Shown one piece after another: positions 30,292 through 40,761 of a DNA stretch of 64,000 bases. Below the pieces are notes generated by a model. That model saw only the letters and a list, made by a program, of their open reading frames with translations, was not told where the DNA came from and ran no database searches. Each line of letters starts with the position of its first letter. Position 1 is the first letter of the stretch. A program made the position numbers and the translations under genes. Location of the stretch: NCBI GenBank assembly GCA_039815185.1, contig JBCBZT010000012.1, positions 121,313 to 185,312 on the forward strand, in the 5' to 3' direction. This stretch comes from Cyanobacteria bacterium P01_A01_bin.123. Its GTDB lineage: Bacteria; Cyanobacteriota; Cyanobacteriia; Phormidesmidales; Phormidesmidaceae.

Positions 30292-30884
30292 CCCAACATC
30301 TCCTCAGCCGCTGCGCTCCACTTCTCCAACACCTCTGACTTAACCTTTTGCTGGCCGCGATACTCACCCTTCTGGATGTAGATCCGCCCATCCAACACCC
30401 AAACAGAAACATAGCTATCAACAGGATTGACAACCCAATACTCAGGTACCTTAGCGTCGGCATAATCTGCCCGCTTATCTTGGGTGTCCGTTTTGACGGT
30501 GTCAGGACTGACAACCTCCAAAACTAGCAGCGGTGCATTATCGCACAAGAATAAAGCCTTTGTCTGATTGACCATAGCCGCCCATTGGGCTTTCGTGCAA
30601 ACCACCAAATCAGGATCTCGACTACTGTCAGGCCGACCCACCTGCGGAATCTGAACACCAGGGCCAGACTTCACGACCAGTTCTAACTTGTGGTCACGAA
30701 AATAGGCTTTGAGCAAGTCCCCCAGGATTTCAATGGTGTCGATATGCAGGGGGCTAGGCTCAGTCATTTCAATAATTTCCCCATCCACGAATTCAGTCCG
30801 CCGCCCGTCGTAGGGCAACAGTAAGTACTGCTCAAACGTGAGCTTTTTGCCCGCCCCTGCCAGAGTCGGGGTTACCTGAGCCAT
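30288..30884 (-). CDS. Uma2 family endonuclease
   Basis: EFVDGEIIEM, RDPDLVV, VLEVVSP, KRADYADAKVPEYWVVNP. Confidence 0.88.
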   Translation of the reverse strand: MAQVTPTLAGAGKKLTFEQYLLLPYDGRRTEFVDGEIIEMTEPSPLHIDTIEILGDLLKAYFRDHKLELVVKSGPGVQIPQVGRPDSSRDPDLVVCTKAQWAAMVNQTKALFLCDNAPLLVLEVVSPDTVKTDTQDKRADYADAKVPEYWVVNPVDSYVSVWVLDGRIYIQKGEYRGQQKVKSEVLEKWSAAAEEMLG

Positions 30885-31175
30885 AAGCTTTCCCAATTGA
30901 TTGCTTATGTAATAAAGTAACAAATCCAGAAGATTGGACGGCTGTTTTTGATTTAAAGATCAGCACACCGTAGTCTTTGGATACCGCTCGCGGATCACGG
31001 AATGACTGAAAGTTGTGGCGGTTGAAGTAAGCGCTATTCATTTGCAGCCCACACGGTAAACCGTATACGGTTCATTCGGCGTATTTTCCCCCTAGTTCAG
31101 GCGGCTTTTCCCACCTGTGCCGAGGCGGTAGATTTGAGATGATGCAACTGCTAACCATAAAATCAGAACACGTCC

Positions 31176-31613
31176 ATGACTAACACTCAACGCATAACCG
31201 AGCATCTGCAACAGCTCAAGACCGAAGGCGGTCAGCGCTCACGAAAGATTGGCAAAATATTTCGTGAGGCCTTTATTGAAGCCGCTACTGAGGTCAAAGC
31301 GGGTACTCAAACCGTTCGCCCCATTACTAAAGACCTCGCCGGTGTCGTTGCTGAAACTGCAAAATTGAAAGGACAAGAGGTCAGCAACAACGTCCGCAAA
31401 GCGTATGCTGAAACTGCCGTTGACGAGCAAGACCAGACTACACGCTGGCAACTCAAGCTGAAAGCCGTCTTCAAAGCCATTCGTGACACGCTTGGGTCAA
31501 GCTGGAACCGCAAGGCTGAAGCTGCACCAATACCAACAGTTGCAAAAGAAACCACTGCCGAGTCCCACGATCGCGTAACCATTGATGTGGATCTGGATGT
31601 AGACGCGGTTTAG
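31176..31613 (+). CDS. Hypothetical helical protein
   Basis: 145-aa ORF; last codons and stop come from a reverse copy of the dispersed repeat. Confidence 0.6.
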   Translation: MTNTQRITEHLQQLKTEGGQRSRKIGKIFREAFIEAATEVKAGTQTVRPITKDLAGVVAETAKLKGQEVSNNVRKAYAETAVDEQDQTTRWQLKLKAVFKAIRDTLGSSWNRKAEAAPIPTVAKETTAESHDRVTIDVDLDVDAV

Positions 31614-31723
31614 ACGTTAAATGGTTGCCTGAGAAGTGCGATCGCGTGTGTCACTCAAACTTTGTTCTCAACTCAATTTGTTGAGCTTATGCCTCCAAGT
31701 TCTCCCTGCAATGAACCTGAAAT

Positions 31724-32020
31724 ATGATTCTTGAAGTTGCCGTTCTAGATATTATTCCTGGGCGAGAAAAAGAGTACGAAGAAGCCTTTGCAAGGGCTTC
31801 AAAAATCATTGCTTCTATGCAGGGCTACCGTTCTCATCAATTAAGGCAGTGCATTGAAAAAGAGAACCGATATTTACTGTTAGTTGAGTGGGAAACTTTA
31901 GAAGACCATACAGAAGGATTTCGTAAATCTGAGGAATATCAAGCCTGGAAACAATTACTACATCACTTTTACGATCCCTTTCCCATCGTTGAGCATTACA
32001 CCAGTTGTTTTTCTCTTTGA
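31724..32020 (+). CDS. Antibiotic biosynthesis monooxygenase (ABM) family protein
   Basis: MILEVAVLDI..YLLLVEWETLEDHTEGFRKS..HHFYDPFPIVEHY. Confidence 0.85.
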   Translation: MILEVAVLDIIPGREKEYEEAFARASKIIASMQGYRSHQLRQCIEKENRYLLLVEWETLEDHTEGFRKSEEYQAWKQLLHHFYDPFPIVEHYTSCFSL

Positions 32021-32090
32021 CCGTAGATTTTTCCGGGTGGGTTGCCCTAGGATAGCGGTGATGATCCCTATCTAAACAGATTCAGTTGTT

Positions 32091-32531
32091 ATGTCGCCGA
32101 AACTGCTAGGGCTGATCGTAGGCGGTGTCTTGCCAGCGCTGTTCTATGGTGTTTCAAGCGTATTTGCGAAAAGCAGTACGAACGCAGGCATGTCGGTGGG
32201 GGGACATTTGTTCTTTATCGGCATTGCCATCAGCGGCGTAGGGCTGCTGTTGAATCTGTTGCTGCCAGGCAGCATCCCGTCGCTAGTTGCTGTTGCCTCA
32301 TCTTCTATGCAGGGGATGTTATGGGCATTAGGCACTGGCTGCGTTGTTCTAGGCTTGCTTAAATATCAGGCTCCTTTGGCTAAGCTAGTTCCCCTTTACA
32401 ACATGAATACGCTGGTTACCTCAGGGCTGGCCTTGATAGTTTTCGCTGAGTGGCGACAGGTGAATCCGGTACAGCTTTTAATTGGCGCTGGGTTAATTAT
32501 CGTGGGTGGGATACTCGTATCAGGGGCATAG
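32091..32531 (+). CDS. Small DMT/EamA-like membrane protein
   Basis: About five TM segments; KLVPLYNMNTL..LIVFAE..GAGLIIVGGILV. Confidence 0.65.
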   Translation: MSPKLLGLIVGGVLPALFYGVSSVFAKSSTNAGMSVGGHLFFIGIAISGVGLLLNLLLPGSIPSLVAVASSSMQGMLWALGTGCVVLGLLKYQAPLAKLVPLYNMNTLVTSGLALIVFAEWRQVNPVQLLIGAGLIIVGGILVSGA

Positions 32532-32580
32532 AAGGATAACGGTTAGTTGTGCTTCTATGCTGAACCTAGGGTCATGGGGG

Positions 32581-33546
32581 CTAACATAGGTCGCCAGGTT
32601 CAGCCGCCGGATTCATGGTCTCGTAGCTGAAGTAGCGATCGGGAACGCCGTTATAAATCAGATAGTCGTCAAAAATGTGGATTCCGGGTGCACCATCGAT
32701 TTTGGCGATCGCGCTCCGCACCGAGCGCAGCTGATCCACGGTCATTTCTAACGGTCGTTCGTAGGGCTGATAGCTGGTGCGCACCAGATAATCTAAACGT
32801 GGGTAAAGGGACATTTCGATGTGGCAACCCAGGAGGTGCTTGATCGGGGAGTGGTCACAAAAGGCGATCATCCGCTCAATACTGTCTGTGAACTCCTGCC
32901 AATCACTCACGTAGAGCCGCCCCGGATAAAACAGATCGCCGGTAAAGAAAATCTGGGTGTAGGGATCATAAATGGAGACCTCAGCGTCTTCGTGGCCAGG
33001 GGTTGCCATCACCTGCAGCGATCGCCCCCCCAACTCAAAGGTTACCAAGTCCTCAGGCCAGTTTTGGAAGCCATAAAAAGCAATCGTGTCTTGCAGGCTT
33101 TTGCCGACAATGATCGTGTTGGGTCGAGCCAAGAACTGGGGATCCGCCTCAAAATGATCGCGATGCAGGTGGGTATGGGCCACCACCAGGGCATAGGACT
33201 CGCGGGGATGGTTGATCAGCCATTGATCGATCAGCTGATCGACGGTTTGCCGCAGGGGGAAATAGTCTGGCGATCGCGTCGCGCCAGTATCGAGCAGGAT
33301 GGCGCGGTCGTTGCCAAATAGTAAAAACATGAACGGTGCTTCTGGGTGCACCGCCATGTTCTGGCGCATGATGATCGTGTGTTCGTTATAAGCGTGAACC
33401 TGAATCTCTGGGTCAGTATTATGCTTTGGCGATACTGACCCAGAGATTCAGCGCACGTCTAAGCTGCCAGGTGCGGCCTGGGGTAGTGTAAAGTTGATCG
33501 GCGTAAAGTTGATCGGCTGCGATCGCGACGTGGAGCGGGTCGTCAT
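32581..33546 (-). pseudogene. MBL-fold metallo-hydrolase with an in-frame TGA near the N-terminus
   Basis: LLDTG, HTHLHRDH, TPGH, FTGD, GCH; the frame continues upstream to ATG 33546 through one TGA at 33450-33448. Confidence 0.75.
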
Positions 33547-33670
33547 GGTTATCAGAGGTAAAAAAATTGTGGCAACGCTCAGAGCTAGCGTTCTACTTGA
33601 AGGTTAGCGTAGCTGTTTTTTGCGGGTCTACTTTGAGCTGTTTTATACAAATCAAGTCAAACGACTAGCT

Positions 33671-36600
33671 TTACTCTTGATCGGCACCCTCTGGTGCGAC
33701 CAAACTCTCCAAAGGATTCGGCGCATCGGCGTCGTTGGGGGAGTCAAGATTGCGTAGGATGGCGGGGGCTTGCTCCAGGCTACCAGCGTCATCGCTGCCA
33801 AAGATTGCCCTCAACGCTTGGTCTAGGGTACCGGCCATGGCAATGCGATTTTGAAAGGTGACGATCACTCGTACTAGGGTGGGCAGGCTGTTTTGTTCGG
33901 CTTCTAAATAGAGGGGTTCGACATACAGTAGCGATCGCTCGATCGGAATCACCAGCAAGTTACCCTGGATCGCCCGTGAACCCTCGGTGTTCCAAAGAGA
34001 AATGCGCTGGGAAATTTCTGGATCTTGGTTGATCCGGGCTTCAATTTGCTCGGGGCCAAACACCAGTTCTTGCTTGGGGAAACGATAGAGCAAAATGCTG
34101 CCGTAGCGATCGCCATCGGAGCGGGCCGCCATCCAAGCAATCAGATTATTGCGTTCGGCTGGGGTAAACGGGCGGAGCTGAATAAACTCCTCAAAATCTC
34201 CCAGGGGCAGCTTCATAATCAGGTAGTAGGGTTCTACCTCCTGGGCTTCGTTGGCGTAAATTTCATTGGGTGCCCGCCACAGATCTTCCCGGTTGTAGAA
34301 CACCTGGGGGTCGGTCATGTGGTACGTCATCAACTGATCTGACTGCACCTGAAATAGATCGCGGGGGTAGCGAATGTGCTGGCGAATTGCAGGAGGCATG
34401 GCTTCTAAGGGTTGAAACATGCCGGGGAGCAGTTTGGCCCAGGTTTGAATCAAGGGATCGCTGGCATCGGCGATGTAAAAGTTGACGGAGCCGTTGTAAG
34501 CATCGACGACCACCTTGACCGAGTTGCGAATATAGTCAAAGTCGTTGTCTCCGGGGTCAGAGTAGGGATAGCGGTTGCTGGTGGTGTAAGCATCTAGCAT
34601 CCAATACAGATAGCTGCGATCCATTGGGAAGGCATCGCGGTTTGCGGCTTCCTCTGGCGGATAGGCTTCAATGGGCGGCGCTTCGGGGTCGGCAACGACG
34701 AGGTAAGGATCGGTGTCGAAGCGCAGAAAGGGCGCGATCGCTTCCACCCGCTCCCGAATATTGCGCCGAAACAGCAGCCGGGTTTCTGGCGTAAAATCGG
34801 CGCTAAACAGCATTTGCCAATCGCGTAGGTGGCGGGAAAACAATAGCCGTCGAACCATAGGCCCGACATTGATGCCCGCAGTGCCATCATAGGTGGTGTA
34901 AACGTTATCGTTGCCGCTGGGGTAGTCGAGTTCGGCTGCCTGGGTGTTGGTCATCACGTAGGTGTTGGTCAACTCACCAAAATAAATCCGGGGTCGCCCT
35001 ACGGGAATGCTTTTGCGGATGGCTTCGCTGCTCGGGACATGGGCAATGTCGCGAATGAAGTAGTCAGGCAGTCCGCCCGTTGCGGTTGTGTTCACCGGGC
35101 TCATGGTGAAGCCGTAGCCGTGGGTATAGATTAAGTGTTCGTTGACCCAGGTTTTGGCCCGATCAGCCACTTGCTCATAGTTCAGTTCTCGGGCTGAAAG
35201 GATGACCTGGCGGAGTTCCCACTGATTATCTTCGGTCAGCAAATGGTAGCGATCGACATTGGCATCATTGAATTCGTAGTAGGAGCGAATTTGCTGGAGC
35301 TGGCGGTTGGACTCTAGTAGCGGACGGGTATCCCACAGCCGGATATTGCGGATGGTTTGTTCGTTATTGTTGAGGTCTTCAGTGGTTAGGGTGCCTTCTG
35401 GGGTAAAAGTCTGGTCATTGACGTTGGTCAGGCCAAACGCAGCGCGGGTAAAGTCAATGGAACGACTGATGAACGGCGTTTCACGAACCAATTCATTGGG
35501 TTGCACCACCAACCGCTGCACCAGTCGGGGAGCCACCAAAATTCCCAGGACTGCCAGCAGGCCATACAAACTCAAGCCCCAAACCAATAGCTGCAGGGTC
35601 GGCGGTTTGCGGGGAATCGGCGGTAAGTGATCGTACTGGTGGCGCATCACTTCAATGCACCAGTCCACCAGGCTGCGCAGCCCCACTGCCCAAAATAAGG
35701 TGCGCCACAATAACGCCAGACCTAAAACCAAAGCTAATAGACTCAGTCCGGTATTTGCGGGCAAATCCAGAGTGACATCGGTGTAGCTGGCACCGTAGGT
35801 GACGCCCCGTTCAGAAAACAGGAGTTCGTAGCGGGCGATCCAGTGGCTAAAGCTGGTAACCAACAGCAGTGCACCAGCAAGCCCATAGAGGTGTCGTTTC
35901 TGAGCCGTTGAAAATCCATAAAATCTTCCCTGACTGAGGCTTTTCCCTGACAGCACGTAGACCAGCGTGACCACCAAAAAACCAAAAAACAGCAGTCCAC
36001 TCAGCCAAAATTCCAGCAGCTCCCACACGGGTAGCGAAAACAGATAGAAGCCAATGTCTTGCTGAAACAGCGGGTCAGTTTGTTGAAATGCGGTGGGTCT
36101 TAGCATGGGCAGCACGGTGGGCCATTGTTCTGAGATCACCAGACCAAAGCACAGGCTCATCACCACAGCTGCGATTGTGCTGAGCACTCGGGGATAAATC
36201 ACAAAGGCGATCGCGCCCAAGATCAATCCGCCGATCACGATTGGCTGAGTCGCAATTGTTTGGATCAACTTCAGCGCACTCTCAGGGGTTGCCCACAGGG
36301 GCAACGGCGGGGTCGGATTGTAAACCGTTGTCGATGTTTGCCAATAGCTCAGCGCCACTTGAGTGTGGTAAACCAGCAGCCCCCCAATCGCCAGCGCCAG
36401 AACCCCGCTTAATCCCAGCAGTTGTCTGAGGCCTAAATGGGGCAAATCAGCCTTTTTCTCAGCCAAGGGTTTAAGCCGCTGAGCCACCCCTAAATTCAGC
36501 AAAGCAAAGCCAAAACTGCCCCCAAAGGCCAGCACCCCCAAACTCAACCGCGCCTGGAGCTGCAACCAAAACGCGGGCAAAAACCCCACCTGGGCAAACC

Positions 36601-36718
36601 ACAACCCCTCTGCCCAAAAATACCGCAGCACATCCAGTAGGATTACCCCCCCGACAGCTAATAGCACCCACTGCCAGCGCAACAAACGACGTTTAGATGG
36701 GGGTGCAGCTTGGGACAT
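33671..36718 (-). CDS. UPF0182 family membrane protein
   Basis: DPLFQQDIGFYLFSLP, NIRLWD, HLIYTHGYG, PRIYFGE, YIRNSVK, GNLLVIP. Confidence 0.9.
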   Translation of the reverse strand: MSQAAPPSKRRLLRWQWVLLAVGGVILLDVLRYFWAEGLWFAQVGFLPAFWLQLQARLSLGVLAFGGSFGFALLNLGVAQRLKPLAEKKADLPHLGLRQLLGLSGVLALAIGGLLVYHTQVALSYWQTSTTVYNPTPPLPLWATPESALKLIQTIATQPIVIGGLILGAIAFVIYPRVLSTIAAVVMSLCFGLVISEQWPTVLPMLRPTAFQQTDPLFQQDIGFYLFSLPVWELLEFWLSGLLFFGFLVVTLVYVLSGKSLSQGRFYGFSTAQKRHLYGLAGALLLVTSFSHWIARYELLFSERGVTYGASYTDVTLDLPANTGLSLLALVLGLALLWRTLFWAVGLRSLVDWCIEVMRHQYDHLPPIPRKPPTLQLLVWGLSLYGLLAVLGILVAPRLVQRLVVQPNELVRETPFISRSIDFTRAAFGLTNVNDQTFTPEGTLTTEDLNNNEQTIRNIRLWDTRPLLESNRQLQQIRSYYEFNDANVDRYHLLTEDNQWELRQVILSARELNYEQVADRAKTWVNEHLIYTHGYGFTMSPVNTTATGGLPDYFIRDIAHVPSSEAIRKSIPVGRPRIYFGELTNTYVMTNTQAAELDYPSGNDNVYTTYDGTAGINVGPMVRRLLFSRHLRDWQMLFSADFTPETRLLFRRNIRERVEAIAPFLRFDTDPYLVVADPEAPPIEAYPPEEAANRDAFPMDRSYLYWMLDAYTTSNRYPYSDPGDNDFDYIRNSVKVVVDAYNGSVNFYIADASDPLIQTWAKLLPGMFQPLEAMPPAIRQHIRYPRDLFQVQSDQLMTYHMTDPQVFYNREDLWRAPNEIYANEAQEVEPYYLIMKLPLGDFEEFIQLRPFTPAERNNLIAWMAARSDGDRYGSILLYRFPKQELVFGPEQIEARINQDPEISQRISLWNTEGSRAIQGNLLVIPIERSLLYVEPLYLEAEQNSLPTLVRVIVTFQNRIAMAGTLDQALRAIFGSDDAGSLEQAPAILRNLDSPNDADAPNPLESLVAPEGADQE

Positions 36719-36794
36719 GGGAGGGTAAGAGGGGACAGTACCCTGATTGTACTGAGCCTGATTTGATTGGGTAAATCAGTTAACCATAGAAGCC

Positions 36795-37403
36795 CTATCT
36801 GACCCCAGCCCACTGCAAAATCTCTTTGCCGACAGCTTCGTAGTCTTGCCAACCCCATTCAGCCCTGGGATCTTTCACCGCATAAACCGGAACCCCAGCC
36901 AAAGCTGCCTTTTGAAACGCGGCTAAGCGTCGAATCCCAGTCTCAAACACGGGCAGATTAGCTTCGGCTAATAGATCACGGACCTCCTGCCCTGCTTTGC
37001 TTGGTTTCGGCGGAATCGCTGTCAACAAAATCTGGTAGTGCTGCATGCGAATTTGGCTCAAATAGTCCACCGTCAACACCAAAGCATCCAAAGCCAATAC
37101 ATCTGGTGTGGTAGGCAACACCAGCAAGTCACAGCTGTTCGCCAGCGCCGCCAGGTCAGCTGGGGTTGGGCGAGCCTGGGTGTCAATTACCACATGTTCA
37201 TAGGGATAAAGCTGTTTCCCCGCCTGCCACTCATCCAACACCGGAAACGGCAATTCCCCCCGCTGTGCCCACCCCGACGCTGACCGATTGGGATCAGCAT
37301 CAATCAACTGCGTTTCGCCTTGACCCTGGAAAAACGCAGCCAAATGGACCGCAGTCGTGGTTTTGCCCACGCCCCCTTTGAAGCTGGCAACGGTGATGAT
37401 CAT
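36795..37403 (-). CDS. Short ParA-family ATPase (orphan)
   Basis: KGGVGKTTT deviant Walker A, IDADPN, VVIDT; no parB nearby. Confidence 0.85.
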   Translation of the reverse strand: MIITVASFKGGVGKTTTAVHLAAFFQGQGETQLIDADPNRSASGWAQRGELPFPVLDEWQAGKQLYPYEHVVIDTQARPTPADLAALANSCDLLVLPTTPDVLALDALVLTVDYLSQIRMQHYQILLTAIPPKPSKAGQEVRDLLAEANLPVFETGIRRLAAFQKAALAGVPVYAVKDPRAEWGWQDYEAVGKEILQWAGVR

Positions 37404-37557
37404 ATTTTTAGGGTAAGGGAGGGAGGCGTTGGAAATTCATTGGAGTGGGAGAAACGCGATCGCCCTTAATATAAAAGAACGCGATCGCCCGTTATTTTGA
37501 ACCGACTGATAGCCCTCAAGCCCTCGGGGATTTAAACCGCGTCCACATCCCGATCCA

Positions 37558-38055
37558 ATGCCTACAACGATCACCCTAGCCCTCCCTACTGCCGAAAGCA
37601 CCCATAGACTGGGGCAGCGCTTGGGGCGATCGCTCCCACCCGACACAATCTTGCTCCTAGAAGGCAACCTGGGAAGTGGCAAAACCACTTTAATTCAGGG
37701 GTTGGGAAGTGGCTTGGAGATTACAGACACGGTCGACAGTCCTACGTTTACGCTGATTAACGAGTACGTTAGCGGACGTATTCCGCTCTATCATGTGGAT
37801 CTTTATCGCCTAGATCCACCGGGTATAGACGGTCTGTACCTTGAAACCTATTGGGGAGGGGTTGAAGTAGAACCCGGTATTTTAGCTATTGAATGGGCCG
37901 ATAAATTAACCTACCGCCCTGCCGATGGGTTGCAAATTACCTTACAGTATTCAGAAGCTACTGGACGCATAGCCCATCTGCAAGCGATCCGCAGCGATCA
38001 CCAAGCTCTGCTCAAGACCCTAGACAGCGATGCGATATTGGCTCATGAAATCTGA
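37558..38055 (+). CDS. tsaE: tRNA threonylcarbamoyladenosine biosynthesis ATPase TsaE
   Basis: LEGNLGSGKTT, SPTFTLINEY, HVDLYRL, IEWA. Confidence 0.92.
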   Translation: MPTTITLALPTAESTHRLGQRLGRSLPPDTILLLEGNLGSGKTTLIQGLGSGLEITDTVDSPTFTLINEYVSGRIPLYHVDLYRLDPPGIDGLYLETYWGGVEVEPGILAIEWADKLTYRPADGLQITLQYSEATGRIAHLQAIRSDHQALLKTLDSDAILAHEI

Positions 38056-38485
38056 ACCCGATGTGTACAGCATCGCGGATTTAGAAAAAGACCAAACGGA
38101 AATTTGGGACGGTATCCGCAATTATCAAGCCCGCAACTTCTTGCGAGATATGGCCGTGGGTGATGTGGCCTTCTTTTACCACTCCAACACCAAACCCCCT
38201 GGTATTGCTGGACTCATGACGATTGTGGAAACAGATGTCGTCGATCCTACTCAGTTTGACGCCAGCAGCAAATACTACGACGCTAAATCCAAGCCAGATG
38301 CCCCCCGTTGGCAAACGGTCACTGTGGGTTACCAAGAAACCTTTACAAACTACATTGCCCTGGATGCACTCAAAGAAAACTTTACCCCAGAGGAACTCCT
38401 GGTGGTAAAGCGCGGCAATCGACTTTCGGTTATGCCTGTAGACGAAGCGGTGGCGAAGAAAATTTTAGCGATCGCCCACAGTTAA
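38030..38485 (+). CDS. EVE domain protein
   Basis: YWLMKSEP, WDGIRNYQARN, FFYHSN, RLSVMPV. Confidence 0.9.
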   Translation: MRYWLMKSEPDVYSIADLEKDQTEIWDGIRNYQARNFLRDMAVGDVAFFYHSNTKPPGIAGLMTIVETDVVDPTQFDASSKYYDAKSKPDAPRWQTVTVGYQETFTNYIALDALKENFTPEELLVVKRGNRLSVMPVDEAVAKKILAIAHS

Positions 38486-38495
38486 ACCATTCCCT

Positions 38496-40148
38496 TTATT
38501 GTCCGTAGGGATAAACGTAAGGCTGCTTCAGACCCTTAGCCAAAAACACATAAAACACCTCCGTGGCTTCCCCGCCCCGCAAAATGGGGGCTGTCCCCAA
38601 CGGTTCTAGCGTTTCGAAATAGGGACGAAAGCGATCGGTAATATCAGACTGCTCGGCAAAGCGTTCTAGGGTGATGTACAAGGCATCTTGGCCCAACCAA
38701 TCCTCAGGTCGGGTCCAAAAGGCAAAGCCACGTGGATCAGGGGTAAAGGCTGTAATTGGCATATCGGTGAGGGGACGTAGGGCCATGTCGATGTAGCCCC
38801 CCAAGTAATATTCATTGGTGAAAATAAACCCAACTGCATCTAAGGCAGTCGCTAAGGATTCCGTATCACGAAAGCGCTGGCGCAGCTCAACAACATTGAT
38901 CAGTTCCCGAGACGGATCGGCCTGGGGGGGGACAACGCCACCGAATAGGGCATATTTCCCAGGTTTTTGCAGAGTACCTGACGCCACATGCAGCAGCGCA
39001 AATAGTAGCAATCCGGCTACCACAGACCCCGTCCCCACCAGCCAGCGGCGAATCCGACGACGAGACTGACGCTGCCAAAGACTGGCGTAGTAGCCCAGCA
39101 ATAAGGTCATCCCCCAAAAGCCTGGTGCGGGCCAGCCGGGCAAGATTTGGGTGGCGCCGCCCAGCAACGTAAATCCCAGCATTACGGGTAGAGAAGTCCA
39201 CAGAATCAAGGCTTGCTTGTCGAGCCAAAAGTCTTCCTTGAAAGAAAAGCTGGCGGGACTAAAACGGTTAATTTGTTGCCGTAGCGATCGCAGCGTAATC
39301 CACCACAGCGGCAAGGCCAGGGTGGGAAACAGATAGCCAATGCCCATGAGCCAGGTCAGCAATACGCCCAGCGGGTTATAACCTCCACCACCACTACCCT
39401 CGAACCGCATCAAGAGCTGAAAGCGAAAGGAAATCCAGTCGTGTTGAGCATTCCAAAACCACAAGGGAAACAGGGTGAGGCCAAACAGGACCAAGGACAC
39501 GGCCATCCAGGGTGACACCAGGGCACGGCGATAGCGGGCACTCGATAGACAAAAACCCAGGATTCCTAATGCCAAGACAAACCCGTGGTATTTACTCAAG
39601 CAGGTTAACCCCAGCAGTACGCCCAGGATAGCCAGGCGATAGCTGGGACTATAGATGTCGTCTGGTTCCGTTTTGGTAGAAGCGCCAGTGACCAGCGTAA
39701 ACGGCGGGAAAAATTCTGCGATCGCGCAGTAGAGCGTTGCTGTCCAAAAGAAGATCAGGCTGTTTTCGGGGGAGGTTAAGATGCCGAAGGCAATATTGAA
39801 GAGTGGGGTGATGGTGGCGATCGCCAATGCAAATCGCCCCGCCTGGGGCGAAAACAGCCGCACAGCGATGCGATAGAACAGGTACAAACTGCCTGTGTAA
39901 AGCAGCAGTGCGCCAATGCGAATAGTGAACTGCGAAATGCTGCCCGTTAAGCTCAACCCCAATCGGGTCGTCAGTGCCACCATGAGGGGATGGTCAAAGT
40001 AGCTCCAATCAAGGTTTCTGGCGTAAAGATAGTAGTAGGCTTCATCAAAGCCAGGAAACAGAAATAGGGCACACAGGGTGCGAAATAACAGCCCTCCCCC
40101 CAACAACCAGATCACCATACGATCGCGTTTTTCGGTCAGTGTTTTCAA
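38496..40148 (-). CDS. ArnT/PMT-like GT-C glycosyltransferase
   Basis: DEAYYY..LDWSYFDHP, LSKYH, WNAQHDWISFRFQ; many TM segments. Confidence 0.82.
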   Translation of the reverse strand: MKTLTEKRDRMVIWLLGGGLLFRTLCALFLFPGFDEAYYYLYARNLDWSYFDHPLMVALTTRLGLSLTGSISQFTIRIGALLLYTGSLYLFYRIAVRLFSPQAGRFALAIATITPLFNIAFGILTSPENSLIFFWTATLYCAIAEFFPPFTLVTGASTKTEPDDIYSPSYRLAILGVLLGLTCLSKYHGFVLALGILGFCLSSARYRRALVSPWMAVSLVLFGLTLFPLWFWNAQHDWISFRFQLLMRFEGSGGGGYNPLGVLLTWLMGIGYLFPTLALPLWWITLRSLRQQINRFSPASFSFKEDFWLDKQALILWTSLPVMLGFTLLGGATQILPGWPAPGFWGMTLLLGYYASLWQRQSRRRIRRWLVGTGSVVAGLLLFALLHVASGTLQKPGKYALFGGVVPPQADPSRELINVVELRQRFRDTESLATALDAVGFIFTNEYYLGGYIDMALRPLTDMPITAFTPDPRGFAFWTRPEDWLGQDALYITLERFAEQSDITDRFRPYFETLEPLGTAPILRGGEATEVFYVFLAKGLKQPYVYPYGQ

Positions 40149-40465
40149 CCGATTTTCCCCTTGTTATTGACGCTAGCGTTTAGCTGAAACGGCTCGATAT
40201 CGAAGAGTTCCATTAAGCCGACAGTGCCAACGAAAAAAGTATAAAAACTGTAGGGTAGCGATCGCTGTTGGCGAGATGGGGCATAAATTGCTGCGATCGC
40301 GCCCTCTAGAGCGTGGGAGATCAAAACAAAACGCCCGAAGCCGATGATCAGATTGGGAACTTGCACCGGAAGACTCAAGGCCAAATTACTGAGCTCAAAC
40401 GCCAAGGTCGCTGATACTAACCCAATTGAAGTGACTTTGATGGCTGTGTAAATCTGCTTTTTCAT
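40145..40465 (-). CDS. Hypothetical membrane protein
   Basis: HALEG..YTFFVGTVGLMEL; 4-bp overlap with the downstream gene. Confidence 0.65.
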   Translation of the reverse strand: MKKQIYTAIKVTSIGLVSATLAFELSNLALSLPVQVPNLIIGFGRFVLISHALEGAIAAIYAPSRQQRSLPYSFYTFFVGTVGLMELFDIEPFQLNASVNNKGKIG

Positions 40466-40761
40466 TGGCAGGCACTGAGTTTGATGTAACGCGGATAGTT
40501 GGTCTTAAACACGGGTATCAAGCAGATCTGTGATAGCTTAGCTCGTTTTTTAATCTAATGCTAAGACCAGATTTAGGGGGATTTCAGCCTGAAGCGTCAT
40601 GCTGATAATCAAGCAGGTATAGCGTCGTCATTAAGCATTATGGCAGTCGCTACCACAGTGCTGCTCTAGTAAAGCAATTCAATGCAACTCGGGGCATCAA
40701 GCAAGGTGGTTAAAACTAGAATCTCTGACCTGCTATCAAAAAACGCTAAGGAGTTTGAATC

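Noticed and set aside
33448..33450. Selenocysteine codon with SECIS
   Set aside because: The position corresponds to Trp rather than Cys, and the UGA lies within the stem of a perfect inverted repeat
36795..37403. Plasmid or prophage partition locus
   Set aside because: No parB, replicon or phage genes; flanks are chromosomal genes
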